DNA from: Eubacteriales bacterium
Lineage (GTDB): Bacteria; Bacillota; Clostridia; Oscillospirales; CAG-272
Assembly: GCA_045636445.1 (NCBI GenBank)
Contig: JAZTXO010000152.1
Coordinates: 40,370-104,369 of the forward strand
DNA: 64,000 bases
Direction of reading: 5' to 3'
Part shown: in pieces, positions 27,821 to 35,437 of the stretch
Layout: every line of letters starts with the position of its first letter
Numbering within the stretch: position 1 is the stretch's first letter
Notes under the pieces: model-generated
The model's database searches: none
Told to the model about the DNA's origin: nothing
What the model saw: the letters and a program-made list of their open reading frames with translations, nothing else
Program-made: the position numbers and the translations under genes

Positions 27821-29641
27821 TTAAGAGTAAAAATCAAGTATCATATTTATAGTTCTTCCGCTTGCGGAAGCATTAGGCGACCAGGGAGCAAACCAAGGGT
27901 TTTTCTGGTTATATCTTTCGCACATATAATATTCGTCCGTCATAGCAAAACGAGAATTATCCCTCAGTATTTCGGCTGCCTTGTCCCGAAGTCCGTGACG
28001 CATATAATACTTGAAAATGCGGTACTCGTCGTGGCAAACGTACCAAACAACGCATTTTCCGTTTTCATCAAGATTTTCACGGCAGGCATAGTCGTTTTTC
28101 TTGTCCGCCATTCGGTAATAAAGACCGCCCCGGAACACTCCTCGCCTTCTGTAATAATTGTCAATACGCTCAAAATCGGAAAGAGGAACATCCACACCGT
28201 CAACAAAGGTGCAAACGAACGAGCCGAACTCGTAATTTGGATATATAACCTCGTCGGGAACTGCGGGAGAATAGGGAACTTTCAACTCGTCAGAGCCATC
28301 AAATGCCGATATGTATTTTTTCCATTCGGTTGTCATTCTATCAAGATAATCTTCGTACTCCGAAAGGATTTCTTCGGCTCTACAGTCTCCATACTTCTCT
28401 GCCGCCCTCGCAAGTTCCAAAAGTCCTATCATATTGTAAATATCCGTAAAGCTCCAAGCTTGGAATTTAAGAGGATCGTCACTGCACTGCATAGAGGGGA
28501 AAAGTCCCTTTGCCTCTCTATACCCCGCCTCGTCAATTCCCTCTTCCTTTACTCTGGTATTCTTTATCCAAAGGAAGCTTCGATAGGCTTCATCGGCATA
28601 TTTTTTATAAAAATCTTCGCCTTTTTGTAAAGAATAGTTTGCAAAACTGTACAAAATATTAGCTGTAACCATTGCCCAGCCGCAACCGAAAGGCTTCATT
28701 TCACCGCTTTCGGTGCTAAAGAAGGTGAAGTAGGTGTCAATTGCAGGCTCAATATAATCGGCAAAATCTCCAATGCGAGAAAGCGAGTCTAAAACCGTCA
28801 TAGACTCCATAGGCCAAACCTCTCTTTGAAGTCCGCCCTGCCTTGCGTAAAGCTCGTCTGTGGTTGTGGTATAACAGAAGCACTGCATAAGCTGAACCGC
28901 AAGATTTCTTACGGTTTTTTTATTTTCTATTCCTATTTCGGGCAATTTATTTATCCTTGAAAGCTCCTTTTCCCAGGCTTTAAGTGCTTTTTCAAGCTGG
29001 GTTTTATAATCAAAGGGTACAGCCTCGCCCTTGCCGAATGAGAAAATAAATTCGGTGGATTCCCCTGCTCCGAGAGTTGCTTCAAAGGAATATTCTCCGC
29101 CATTATATTCAAATTCTCTGTCCGAAGTAAAGAAAATTTCACCGTCACGGAAGATATTTTCCTTTTTTTCAAAGCTTTCGGGAAGATTTCTCCAAACTCC
29201 AATATCCGGCTCGTAGCTTACGTAAACGTCGGGAGCGTCAAAAACAAGAATCTGCTCAACACCACGCCTTAGCATAAATCCAAGGCCGGTTTTTTGAGAT
29301 TTGTCGGTTTTGTTGGTTAATCTTGCCTTAATATAGCAGGTAGGCTTTCTCTCAAAGCTCGAAAAGCTCTCGATCTCCAAATCTATACCGCCCAAAGAAA
29401 AGCGAAGTCCGTGTACCGGAATTGCGTCATCCCGTATTATGTTTTCGGCTTCCTTAAAATTAAGTTGTTCTCCATTGACAGTAAACCACACGCCTTGAGA
29501 AATTATATCTCCGTAAGGCTTGTTTACGGGCGCTTCAATCTCACCGAATATGATTTTTCCCTCTCGCCAAAGAGTAAACATTCTCTCGGCTTTTGGGGGA
29601 TGGATATATCTTCTTGTTGTTTTCGGCCTTTGCCATTCCAT
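27821..29641 (-). CDS. Hypothetical cytosolic protein, probable (alpha/alpha)6 six-hairpin glycosidase-like
   Basis: 606 aa, no signal peptide. N-terminal beta-rich part followed by a helical repeat region (...GCGWAMVTANILYSFANYSLQKGEDFYKKYADEAYRSFLWI...) reminiscent of six-hairpin glycoside hydrolases. Coding status is strong; function is weak. Confidence 0.45.
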   Translation of the reverse strand: MEWQRPKTTRRYIHPPKAERMFTLWREGKIIFGEIEAPVNKPYGDIISQGVWFTVNGEQLNFKEAENIIRDDAIPVHGLRFSLGGIDLEIESFSSFERKPTCYIKARLTNKTDKSQKTGLGFMLRRGVEQILVFDAPDVYVSYEPDIGVWRNLPESFEKKENIFRDGEIFFTSDREFEYNGGEYSFEATLGAGESTEFIFSFGKGEAVPFDYKTQLEKALKAWEKELSRINKLPEIGIENKKTVRNLAVQLMQCFCYTTTTDELYARQGGLQREVWPMESMTVLDSLSRIGDFADYIEPAIDTYFTFFSTESGEMKPFGCGWAMVTANILYSFANYSLQKGEDFYKKYADEAYRSFLWIKNTRVKEEGIDEAGYREAKGLFPSMQCSDDPLKFQAWSFTDIYNMIGLLELARAAEKYGDCRAEEILSEYEDYLDRMTTEWKKYISAFDGSDELKVPYSPAVPDEVIYPNYEFGSFVCTFVDGVDVPLSDFERIDNYYRRRGVFRGGLYYRMADKKNDYACRENLDENGKCVVWYVCHDEYRIFKYYMRHGLRDKAAEILRDNSRFAMTDEYYMCERYNQKNPWFAPWSPNASASGRTINMILDFYS

Positions 29642-29670
29642 TGTTTTTGCTCCAAGTGTTGTTTTAATTT

Positions 29671-29699
29671 ATTATATAGCAAACTATAACCTGTGTCAA
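29671..29699 (-). promoter_or_regulatory. Consensus SigA-type promoter (TTGACA-17-TATAAT) for the 606-aa gene
   Basis: Minus strand reads TTGACA (29699-29694), 17-nt spacer, TATAAT (29676-29671). Confidence 0.65.
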
Positions 29700-29734
29700 T
29701 GTATTTTCCCCTCGTGTTGTTGTACTTTTCACCT

Positions 29735-29771
29735 ATAAAAAGGGCAACCTGCTACAAGCCGCAGATTGCCC
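29735..29771 (-). terminator. Intrinsic terminator after trpB
   Basis: GGGCAATCTGC...GCAGGTTGCCC hairpin followed by TTTTTAT on the minus strand. Confidence 0.7.
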
Positions 29772-29780
29772 ATAAAATTA

Positions 29781-31010
29781 TTAAACTATGCCGTACTTTT
29801 TACCGTATTCCTTAAGAACGAAGTCCATATCCTTGTCGCCTCTGCCCGAAAGACAAATAAGAACAGAGCCGTGGTCACGCTCCTTTGCGAGCTTTATTCC
29901 GTAAGCTACTGCGTGAGAGCTTTCGATTGCGGGAATAATACCCTCCATTCTGGAAAGGTTGAAGAATGCGTCAACCGCCTCGTCGTCACCGACGGTATCG
30001 TATTTAACTCTGCCCAATTCCTGAAGGAACGCGTGTTCAGGGCCGGACGAGGGGTAGTCAAGTCCGGATGCTACCGAGTAAACGGGAGCAGGCTCGCCCT
30101 TTTCGTCCTTAAGCATTATACTGTTAAAGCCGTGCATAATGCCCTCTGTGCCGTACTTAAGACTTGCGGCATGGTCGCCTAAGGTTTCGCCTCTTCCGAG
30201 AGGCTCGATTCCGATTATCTCAACGGGGTCGTTAAGGAAGCCCGAGAACATACCCATAGAGTTTGAACCGCCGCCAACACAAGCAACTACCGTGTCGGGA
30301 AGATGTCCTGTCATTTCAAGGAACTGCTCTCTTGACTCCTCGCCCACAACGTGCTGGAAGTCACGAACCATCATAGGGAAAGGATGAGGGCCGACAACCG
30401 AGCCGATACAGTAGATTGCGTCCTTGTATTCTCTGGCGTATGCTTCAAAGGCTGCGTCAACCGCTTCTTTAAGGGTTGCAAGACCGTGAGTTACCTCAAC
30501 AACGTTCGCTCCGAGAATTTTCATTCTTGCAACGTTGGGCGCTTGCTTCTTAATGTCAACAGAACCCATATAAATATCGCACTCAAGTCCGAAGTATGCC
30601 GCAGCGGTAGCAAGAGCAACACCGTGCTGACCTGCGCCCGTCTCGGCAATAACCTTCTTCTTGCCCATATATTTTGCAAGAAGAGCCTCGCCCATACAGT
30701 GGTTAAGCTTGTGAGCGCCGGAATGGTTCAAATCCTCACGCTTTACGTAAAGCTGAACGCCGCCAAGACTGTTGGAAAGACGCTCAAGGTGAGAAATGGG
30801 AGTAGGTCTACCCTGAAATTCCTTACGGATTCTTCTAAGCTCCGCAATAAATTTTCTGGATTGGCAGATGGTAAAGTAAGCCTGGGTTATCTCTTCCATT
30901 GCCGCTTTAAGCTCGGGAGCAATAAAAGCTCCGCCATATCTTCCGTAGTAGCCGTTTATGTCAGGGTATCTTTGCAAATAAGTATCAAAATCAATATCGT
31001 TAAATTTCAT
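29781..31010 (-). CDS. trpB: Tryptophan synthase beta chain (stand-alone)
   Basis: 409 aa. PLP-lysine region [15 protein letters not shown], plus GAGQHGVA and GGGSN motifs. No trpA or other trp genes adjacent. Confidence 0.9.
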   Translation of the reverse strand: MKFNDIDFDTYLQRYPDINGYYGRYGGAFIAPELKAAMEEITQAYFTICQSRKFIAELRRIRKEFQGRPTPISHLERLSNSLGGVQLYVKREDLNHSGAHKLNHCMGEALLAKYMGKKKVIAETGAGQHGVALATAAAYFGLECDIYMGSVDIKKQAPNVARMKILGANVVEVTHGLATLKEAVDAAFEAYAREYKDAIYCIGSVVGPHPFPMMVRDFQHVVGEESREQFLEMTGHLPDTVVACVGGGSNSMGMFSGFLNDPVEIIGIEPLGRGETLGDHAASLKYGTEGIMHGFNSIMLKDEKGEPAPVYSVASGLDYPSSGPEHAFLQELGRVKYDTVGDDEAVDAFFNLSRMEGIIPAIESSHAVAYGIKLAKERDHGSVLICLSGRGDKDMDFVLKEYGKKYGIV

Positions 31011-31102
31011 TTTTTAAAATTCCTTCCTTTTTAATATTATATATAGCGAAATTATATGTAAAGTCGCCATCGCATCTGTCTCATATTTTTCCCTCCAAAT
31101 AA

Positions 31103-31356
31103 ACAAAAAGCCCCAAGCATATATAGTATGCTCGGGGCGAAAATATCCGCGGTGCCACCCGAATTCAGGACGAGTCCTCTTACGCACAAATCTATGCGTT
31201 TTGCAGATAACGGTGCAACCGTCGAAGCCTACTCTTTAAAATTTCGGTTCGCCCTCGAAAGTCCATTCACCGTGCCGTTTTATACCGCACTCTCACCGTC
31301 TGCGGCTCGCTTTGATAACCCTATACTCGGTTACTACTCTTTCTCATAGGTTTGAT
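31103..31356 (-). promoter_or_regulatory. T-box riboswitch leader, Trp specifier (UGG), with terminator/antiterminator
   Basis: Minus strand shows a Stem I start ...GAGAAAGAGUAGUAACC..., a distal GGUGAGAG, and a specifier context GGUGAA-UGG-AC (UGG = complement of 31263-31265). The conserved T-box AAUUCGGGUGGCACCGCGG is the complement of 31147-31165. The terminator GCCCCGAGCAU...AUGCUUGGGGC (31110-31138) is followed by UUUUUG. Confidence 0.9.
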
Positions 31357-31362
31357 AGCTAG

Positions 31363-31391
31363 ATTATACAACGATTTTCGGCAATTGTCAA
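31363..31391 (-). promoter_or_regulatory. Consensus promoter (TTGACA-17-TATAAT) driving the T-box/trpB transcript
   Basis: Minus strand reads TTGACA (31391-31386), 17-nt spacer, TATAAT (31368-31363). Confidence 0.7.
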
Positions 31392-31416
31392 TAGCTTTTC
31401 TTATTTTTCCTTTATT

Positions 31417-31986
31417 TTACTCGCAGCTTAAAAATAAAGGCCGCATTTGCTTTTTCGCTAATGCCATAGACAACGCCTCGGGAATCTCCTGCATTCTTGC
31501 AACAAGGGAGTGAGGCTTCCCTATTGGATCGTCCTGCACCATTCTTACAAAATACACCGATTTTCTCGTTATGAGCTTTGCGATATTTCCGAGATTTTGC
31601 GACATCGCATCGTTTGAAGCAAGTGCGATTATTAAAGTTTTATCTCTTCTTAAATGAGCCTTTGCCGCCATAGTTACCGAGGTGTCGGTAATACCGTTTG
31701 CAATCTTTGCAAGGGTGTTTCCGGTGCAAGGGGCGATTATCATAGCGTCAAGAGGCGTTTTCGGCCCGAGAGGCTCGGCATCTGTTATGGTGTGTATAAT
31801 TTCCCTGCCGCATATTTTCTTGACCTGCTCCCGAAGCTCCTCGGCAGTACCGAATCTTGTGTCGAGGGAATAGGCGTTTTCGCTGATTATAGGCTGAATA
31901 TCATATCCCAGCGATACAAGCTCGCGAAGAGCTGAAAGCGAAGCCTTGTGAGTGCAGTAGGAAGCGCAAATAGCATAGCCTATCAT
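31417..31986 (-). CDS. dpaB: Dipicolinate synthase subunit B
   Basis: 189 aa flavoprotein-family pattern. MIGYAICASYCT..., IAPCTGNTLAKIANGITDT and ...ALASNDA... are typical of SpoVFB. 4-nt overlap with dpaA. Confidence 0.9.
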   Translation of the reverse strand: MIGYAICASYCTHKASLSALRELVSLGYDIQPIISENAYSLDTRFGTAEELREQVKKICGREIIHTITDAEPLGPKTPLDAMIIAPCTGNTLAKIANGITDTSVTMAAKAHLRRDKTLIIALASNDAMSQNLGNIAKLITRKSVYFVRMVQDDPIGKPHSLVARMQEIPEALSMALAKKQMRPLFLSCE

Positions 31987-32732
31987 TTTTCCGCCTCCAA
32001 GGAAAAGGCTTTGACTATCGCCTCGGCATACACCTCGCCTGCCGTTTGGGGATACATTTTTTCGGGAAGAGCCGGAAGCTTTATTATATTCGGCAAGGAG
32101 GGAAGCACATCCCCCGAAGCCAAGTCAAAGATAGGGCAATCCGAAATACCCGCAGTGGTTTCGTCAAAAAGCCTTGCGGGTGCAGTGTTTATAACAAGGT
32201 CAAAGCCCGAAAGGCTGACAGAGGCGTCTATAAGGCGGGCGAAAGCTCCCATCGCCCCAAGCTCTCTTGCTACCGATTCCCTCGTGGTAAGCAGGGTAAC
32301 GTCAGCTCCCAAGAAAAGCAGCAGCCTTAACATCTCCGAGCCTATTCGCCCATATCCGACAATCGCCACACGAAGAGCTGACACGTCCTTTTTCAAGTCC
32401 GAAAGTATATGTCCCAGAGCACCGTGAGCCGTAAGACGTGCGTTTTCAAGAAGAAAATCCTCGTCCATTGCAGCGTCATAGACAAAAGAGCCTGCCTCCG
32501 AAAGGCTCTCGCGGAAGTCGTCGGGCAATGCATATCCCGCAACGAGGCTTCCCTCCTCCGCAGCCTCCACCACCGACTCCCGCAAGACATTGCTGCCCTT
32601 GATAAATCCGTCGCGACTGACTGACGGAATTGGCAAAAGAATGATTCTGCCCAAATCAGCCGATACTCTTTGCTTCAGCTTATTCTGACAGTATAGCAGT
32701 CTTTCGCCACCGCCAAAAGTAATAATTTCCAT
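31983..32732 (-). CDS. dpaA: Dipicolinate synthase subunit A
   Basis: 249 aa. LLPIP motif near the N-terminus and a Rossmann GxGxxG (VAIVGYGRIGSEM). Translationally coupled to dpaB. Confidence 0.8.
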   Translation of the reverse strand: MEIITFGGGERLLYCQNKLKQRVSADLGRIILLPIPSVSRDGFIKGSNVLRESVVEAAEEGSLVAGYALPDDFRESLSEAGSFVYDAAMDEDFLLENARLTAHGALGHILSDLKKDVSALRVAIVGYGRIGSEMLRLLLFLGADVTLLTTRESVARELGAMGAFARLIDASVSLSGFDLVINTAPARLFDETTAGISDCPIFDLASGDVLPSLPNIIKLPALPEKMYPQTAGEVYAEAIVKAFSLEAEK

Positions 32733-32822
32733 GTTTTGTCCGATCTTAAAGCGTTAGAAATTTGGGTATAACTCACCCACTTCCAATATATGATTTTTTT
32801 AGGGCTTTGACAGTGGTTTTTG

Positions 32823-32993
32823 TCACATAATATCGCTTTTTCGCTTCATCATATCCTTAACGCACTTGGATTTTTCGGACACAAAATCCATTCCCTTTCG
32901 GCTGATACTGATTACCCCCGCTGCCGCCAAAGAAAATATAGCAAGCCAAGCGTAAGGATGAGCGTTCTTTTTTTCATGCTTGTTAAAAAACAT
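32823..32993 (-). CDS. Small membrane protein (56 aa), not in the ORF track
   Basis: MFFNKHEKKNAHPYAWLAIFSLAAAGVISISRKGMDFVSEKSKCVKDMMKRKSDIM*. Strong RBS GGAGGAG about 6 nt before the ATG (32993). One central TM helix and a basic C-terminal tail. Confidence 0.5.
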   Translation of the reverse strand: MFFNKHEKKNAHPYAWLAIFSLAAAGVISISRKGMDFVSEKSKCVKDMMKRKSDIM

Positions 32994-33049
32994 TCTTCTC
33001 CTCCTGATTTATTTGTATTTAGTATTTCCTCATATAGCCGAAATTTATA

Positions 33050-33082
33050 CAAAAAAAGACGGATGAAAAAGCTCATCCGTCT
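33050..33082 (-). terminator. Intrinsic terminator after the 581-aa gene
   Basis: AGACGGATGA...TCATCCGTCT hairpin followed by T7 on the minus strand. Confidence 0.8.
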
Positions 33083-33088
33083 AAAATG

Positions 33089-34834
33089 TTATTTATCCGA
33101 AGTTTCCAAGGTGTCAAGAGTAGTTACGGTAGGCCACTGGAGGAATGCATCAAGCGCCAACTCGTAATAGGTTACCTCATCGAAATATGCGCTGTCGTAG
33201 TAATCGTGAAGCTCCTTGTATCTGTCAGCCTCAAACTCTGCCCAAGCATCCTCGGAATAGGTGGACTTGTCTATGTTGTATTCCGTGCAATACTGAAGAA
33301 TGTACTCGTCGAAGTATTCCTTTTCAACCTCTACCTTCTTTGCTGCGTGCTCTTGCGCAGTAGGAACGATATTCTCGTTTCTCATAATGTAGTAGAGAAT
33401 AAGTCTTTCCTTAACAAGTCCCTCGGACATAGAACGGAGAACGCTTCTCCAATCCTTGTTTTCGGCATATTCAAGGCCAAGGTAGATTATAGCGTACTCG
33501 TCAACAGTTTCGCAGGTCTTGCTAGTGCCGAGAGCATCGGAAATAACACCGCCGCTCTGCTCGAACTGATAGAGAACGTCATTGTAGTACTCGTTGTAAA
33601 TAGAGTCAACCTTAGATGCGGGATACTTGCTTACTACCGAAACGTTCTCGTTATGGTAGTGCTCCCACATAGCTTCCTCAAGCTTGGTTCTGTATATCTC
33701 GTTATACTCGTCGTCAAGAAGCTTCTTTACGTGCTGACGAAGCTGACTTACTCTGTCACCCTCGAACGCTGCAAGGTCTTCCGCTGTAACTCCGAAATCG
33801 TCTTTGCCGAGATTTTCCTCAACAAATTCGTTAGTGAGCTTCTGCTCCTCGTATTCTACGACCGACTGAATGTAAACCTCAAAACGAGCGTCCTTGTTGT
33901 TAAGGTTGGTCATTCCGTAATCATAGGGGAAGTAGCAGTCAACGAGAATGTAATTACCCTCTTTTTCGCAGGTGGTAGCAAAGTCCACCTTAAGAGAGGA
34001 ATAGTTGTATTTTTTGCCCGAAACAGTACCTTCAAAGGTAACGCCGTCCTTCGCTCCTACCGTAAGAGTAAGGAGCTTGTCGTAGAAGCCATCGCCGTAC
34101 TTTGCGTCGATTTTTTCCTTGCCGTCAGCAAGAACAACTCTCTCTGCGCTGATTTTGGTCTTGTCCTTGTCGGCTGTGCTTCCGTCGGGAACTTTGGTGT
34201 AGCTGATATATACTACCTGGTCTGCGCTTACATTACCTTCGGTTATTCTAACGAACTTGTTAGCAGCGGAAAACTCCACGCCCGAAAGGTTGACCTCAAA
34301 ACCGGGAACAAATTTATTTGAGCCTATTTCAAGAGAAGCATAAACGTAGTTTCCGCTGGAGTCGGTACTTGCAAAGTTGCACATATTGTCAACGTAAACC
34401 TCTTCACCGTTAGCTCCTATAAGATATCCGCGATAGAAGATGTTGACAACGTCACCGGGAGTGATTGTTCCCGATTCCTGGGCAACTCCGTTATGCAAAA
34501 CCGCACCCTTTTTTGATGCAAGAAGGTTAAGTACTGCAACGTCGGTGTCAATTTCTCTGGGCTTCGCAATTGTAAGATTAACCTTATAATCCTTGTAAAG
34601 AGCCTGATCTATGGAAATATATTTCGAAAGGTCGCTTGAAAGGTAGTCGAAATTCTTATCTTCTTCCTTCTTGGTATGATCTATTATAATGAAAATCAAG
34701 CCGACAATAAAAGCTACCGCAAGCAGAGCAGAGGTTACAATACTGATAATCGCAGACGTGCTGAGCTTAGGCTTTGTGTCGATCAGTTGTGATTTTTGCT
34801 TTTTTACTTTGTTAATGTTTTTGTTTTTACTCAC
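33089..34834 (-). CDS. Membrane-anchored, extracytoplasmic trigger-factor-like / FKBP-type PPIase-like protein
   Basis: 581 aa. Basic N-terminus plus a single TM (AIISIVTSALLAVAFIVGLIFIII). LEIGSNKFVPGFEVNLSGV resembles the FKBP/trigger-factor PPIase signature (G..FIPGFE..L.G). It is followed by KLTNEFVEENLG... and a long helical region like the trigger-factor C-terminal arms. GTG start. Confidence 0.55.
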   Translation of the reverse strand: MSKNKNINKVKKQKSQLIDTKPKLSTSAIISIVTSALLAVAFIVGLIFIIIDHTKKEEDKNFDYLSSDLSKYISIDQALYKDYKVNLTIAKPREIDTDVAVLNLLASKKGAVLHNGVAQESGTITPGDVVNIFYRGYLIGANGEEVYVDNMCNFASTDSSGNYVYASLEIGSNKFVPGFEVNLSGVEFSAANKFVRITEGNVSADQVVYISYTKVPDGSTADKDKTKISAERVVLADGKEKIDAKYGDGFYDKLLTLTVGAKDGVTFEGTVSGKKYNYSSLKVDFATTCEKEGNYILVDCYFPYDYGMTNLNNKDARFEVYIQSVVEYEEQKLTNEFVEENLGKDDFGVTAEDLAAFEGDRVSQLRQHVKKLLDDEYNEIYRTKLEEAMWEHYHNENVSVVSKYPASKVDSIYNEYYNDVLYQFEQSGGVISDALGTSKTCETVDEYAIIYLGLEYAENKDWRSVLRSMSEGLVKERLILYYIMRNENIVPTAQEHAAKKVEVEKEYFDEYILQYCTEYNIDKSTYSEDAWAEFEADRYKELHDYYDSAYFDEVTYYELALDAFLQWPTVTTLDTLETSDK

Positions 34835-34888
34835 TTTTATATTTCCTTTTTGTTTTTTGCACTCCCCGCAAAACCGAAGAGCAATAAT

Positions 34889-35323
34889 TTAAGCAAAAGA
34901 ATCTGCAAACGCAGTTGCAAGAGCGTCGCATCGCTCGTTGTAGTCGTGACCGTTGTGTCCTTTAACCCAGACGAATTCAACCGTATGAGTTTCGGTCAGA
35001 GCATAAAGTCTTTCCCAAAGGTCGGGATTTTTAAGAGCATCCTTTCCTCGACGCCACCCCGCCTTTTTCCAGGACTCAACCCATCCCAAAAGGAATGCGT
35101 CCACAAGATATTTGGAGTCGGAATAAAGAGTTACTTTGCAAGGCTCTTTAAGAGCTTCAAGACCGCAAATTGCCGCCATAAGCTCCATTCGGTTGTTAGT
35201 GGTACTTGGCTCACCGCCCGAAAGCTCTCTTTCATACTTTCCCCAAACGAGAATAGCTCCGTAGCCGCCTCGACCGGGATTTCCTCGACAAGCTCCGTCG
35301 GTATAAAGCTGAACTTCTTTCAT
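34889..35323 (-). CDS. rnhA: Ribonuclease HI
   Basis: 144 aa. [16 protein letters not shown]..., TNNRMELMA and the DSKYL motif are the canonical RNase H catalytic D-E-D-D pattern. Confidence 0.92.
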   Translation of the reverse strand: MKEVQLYTDGACRGNPGRGGYGAILVWGKYERELSGGEPSTTNNRMELMAAICGLEALKEPCKVTLYSDSKYLVDAFLLGWVESWKKAGWRRGKDALKNPDLWERLYALTETHTVEFVWVKGHNGHDYNERCDALATAFADSFA

Positions 35324-35356
35324 AAAAGAATCCTTTTTAGGTTAGCTCTGTATTTT

Positions 35357-35393
35357 CAAAAAAACGGACGAGCTGTTGTTCGTCCGTTTTTTT
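35357..35393. terminator. Bidirectional intrinsic terminator
   Basis: A8-CGGACG...CGTCCG-T7. Lies after the 737-aa lipoprotein gene on the minus strand. Confidence 0.8.
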
Positions 35394-35437
35394 GTCGCGG
35401 TACTGCGGGACAATCGCAATACCTTGGTTTAATCAAA

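Noticed and set aside
31128-31349. 73-aa + strand ORF in the trpB upstream region.
   Set aside because: It lies entirely within, and antisense to, the T-box leader, whose conserved elements explain the sequence. No RBS.
32733-32830. Mother-cell (SigK/SigE-type) promoter upstream of dpaA, for example CATATATTG about 70 nt upstream of the ATG.
   Set aside because: The match to CATA-N3-TA is partial and no properly spaced -35 AC element was found. The evidence is too weak to annotate without experimental data.
33086-34321. 411-aa + strand ORF opposite the 581-aa trigger-factor-like gene.
   Set aside because: Codon-aligned antisense frame with hydrophobic low-complexity translation. The minus-strand gene has an RBS, a TM anchor and a recognisable domain pattern.
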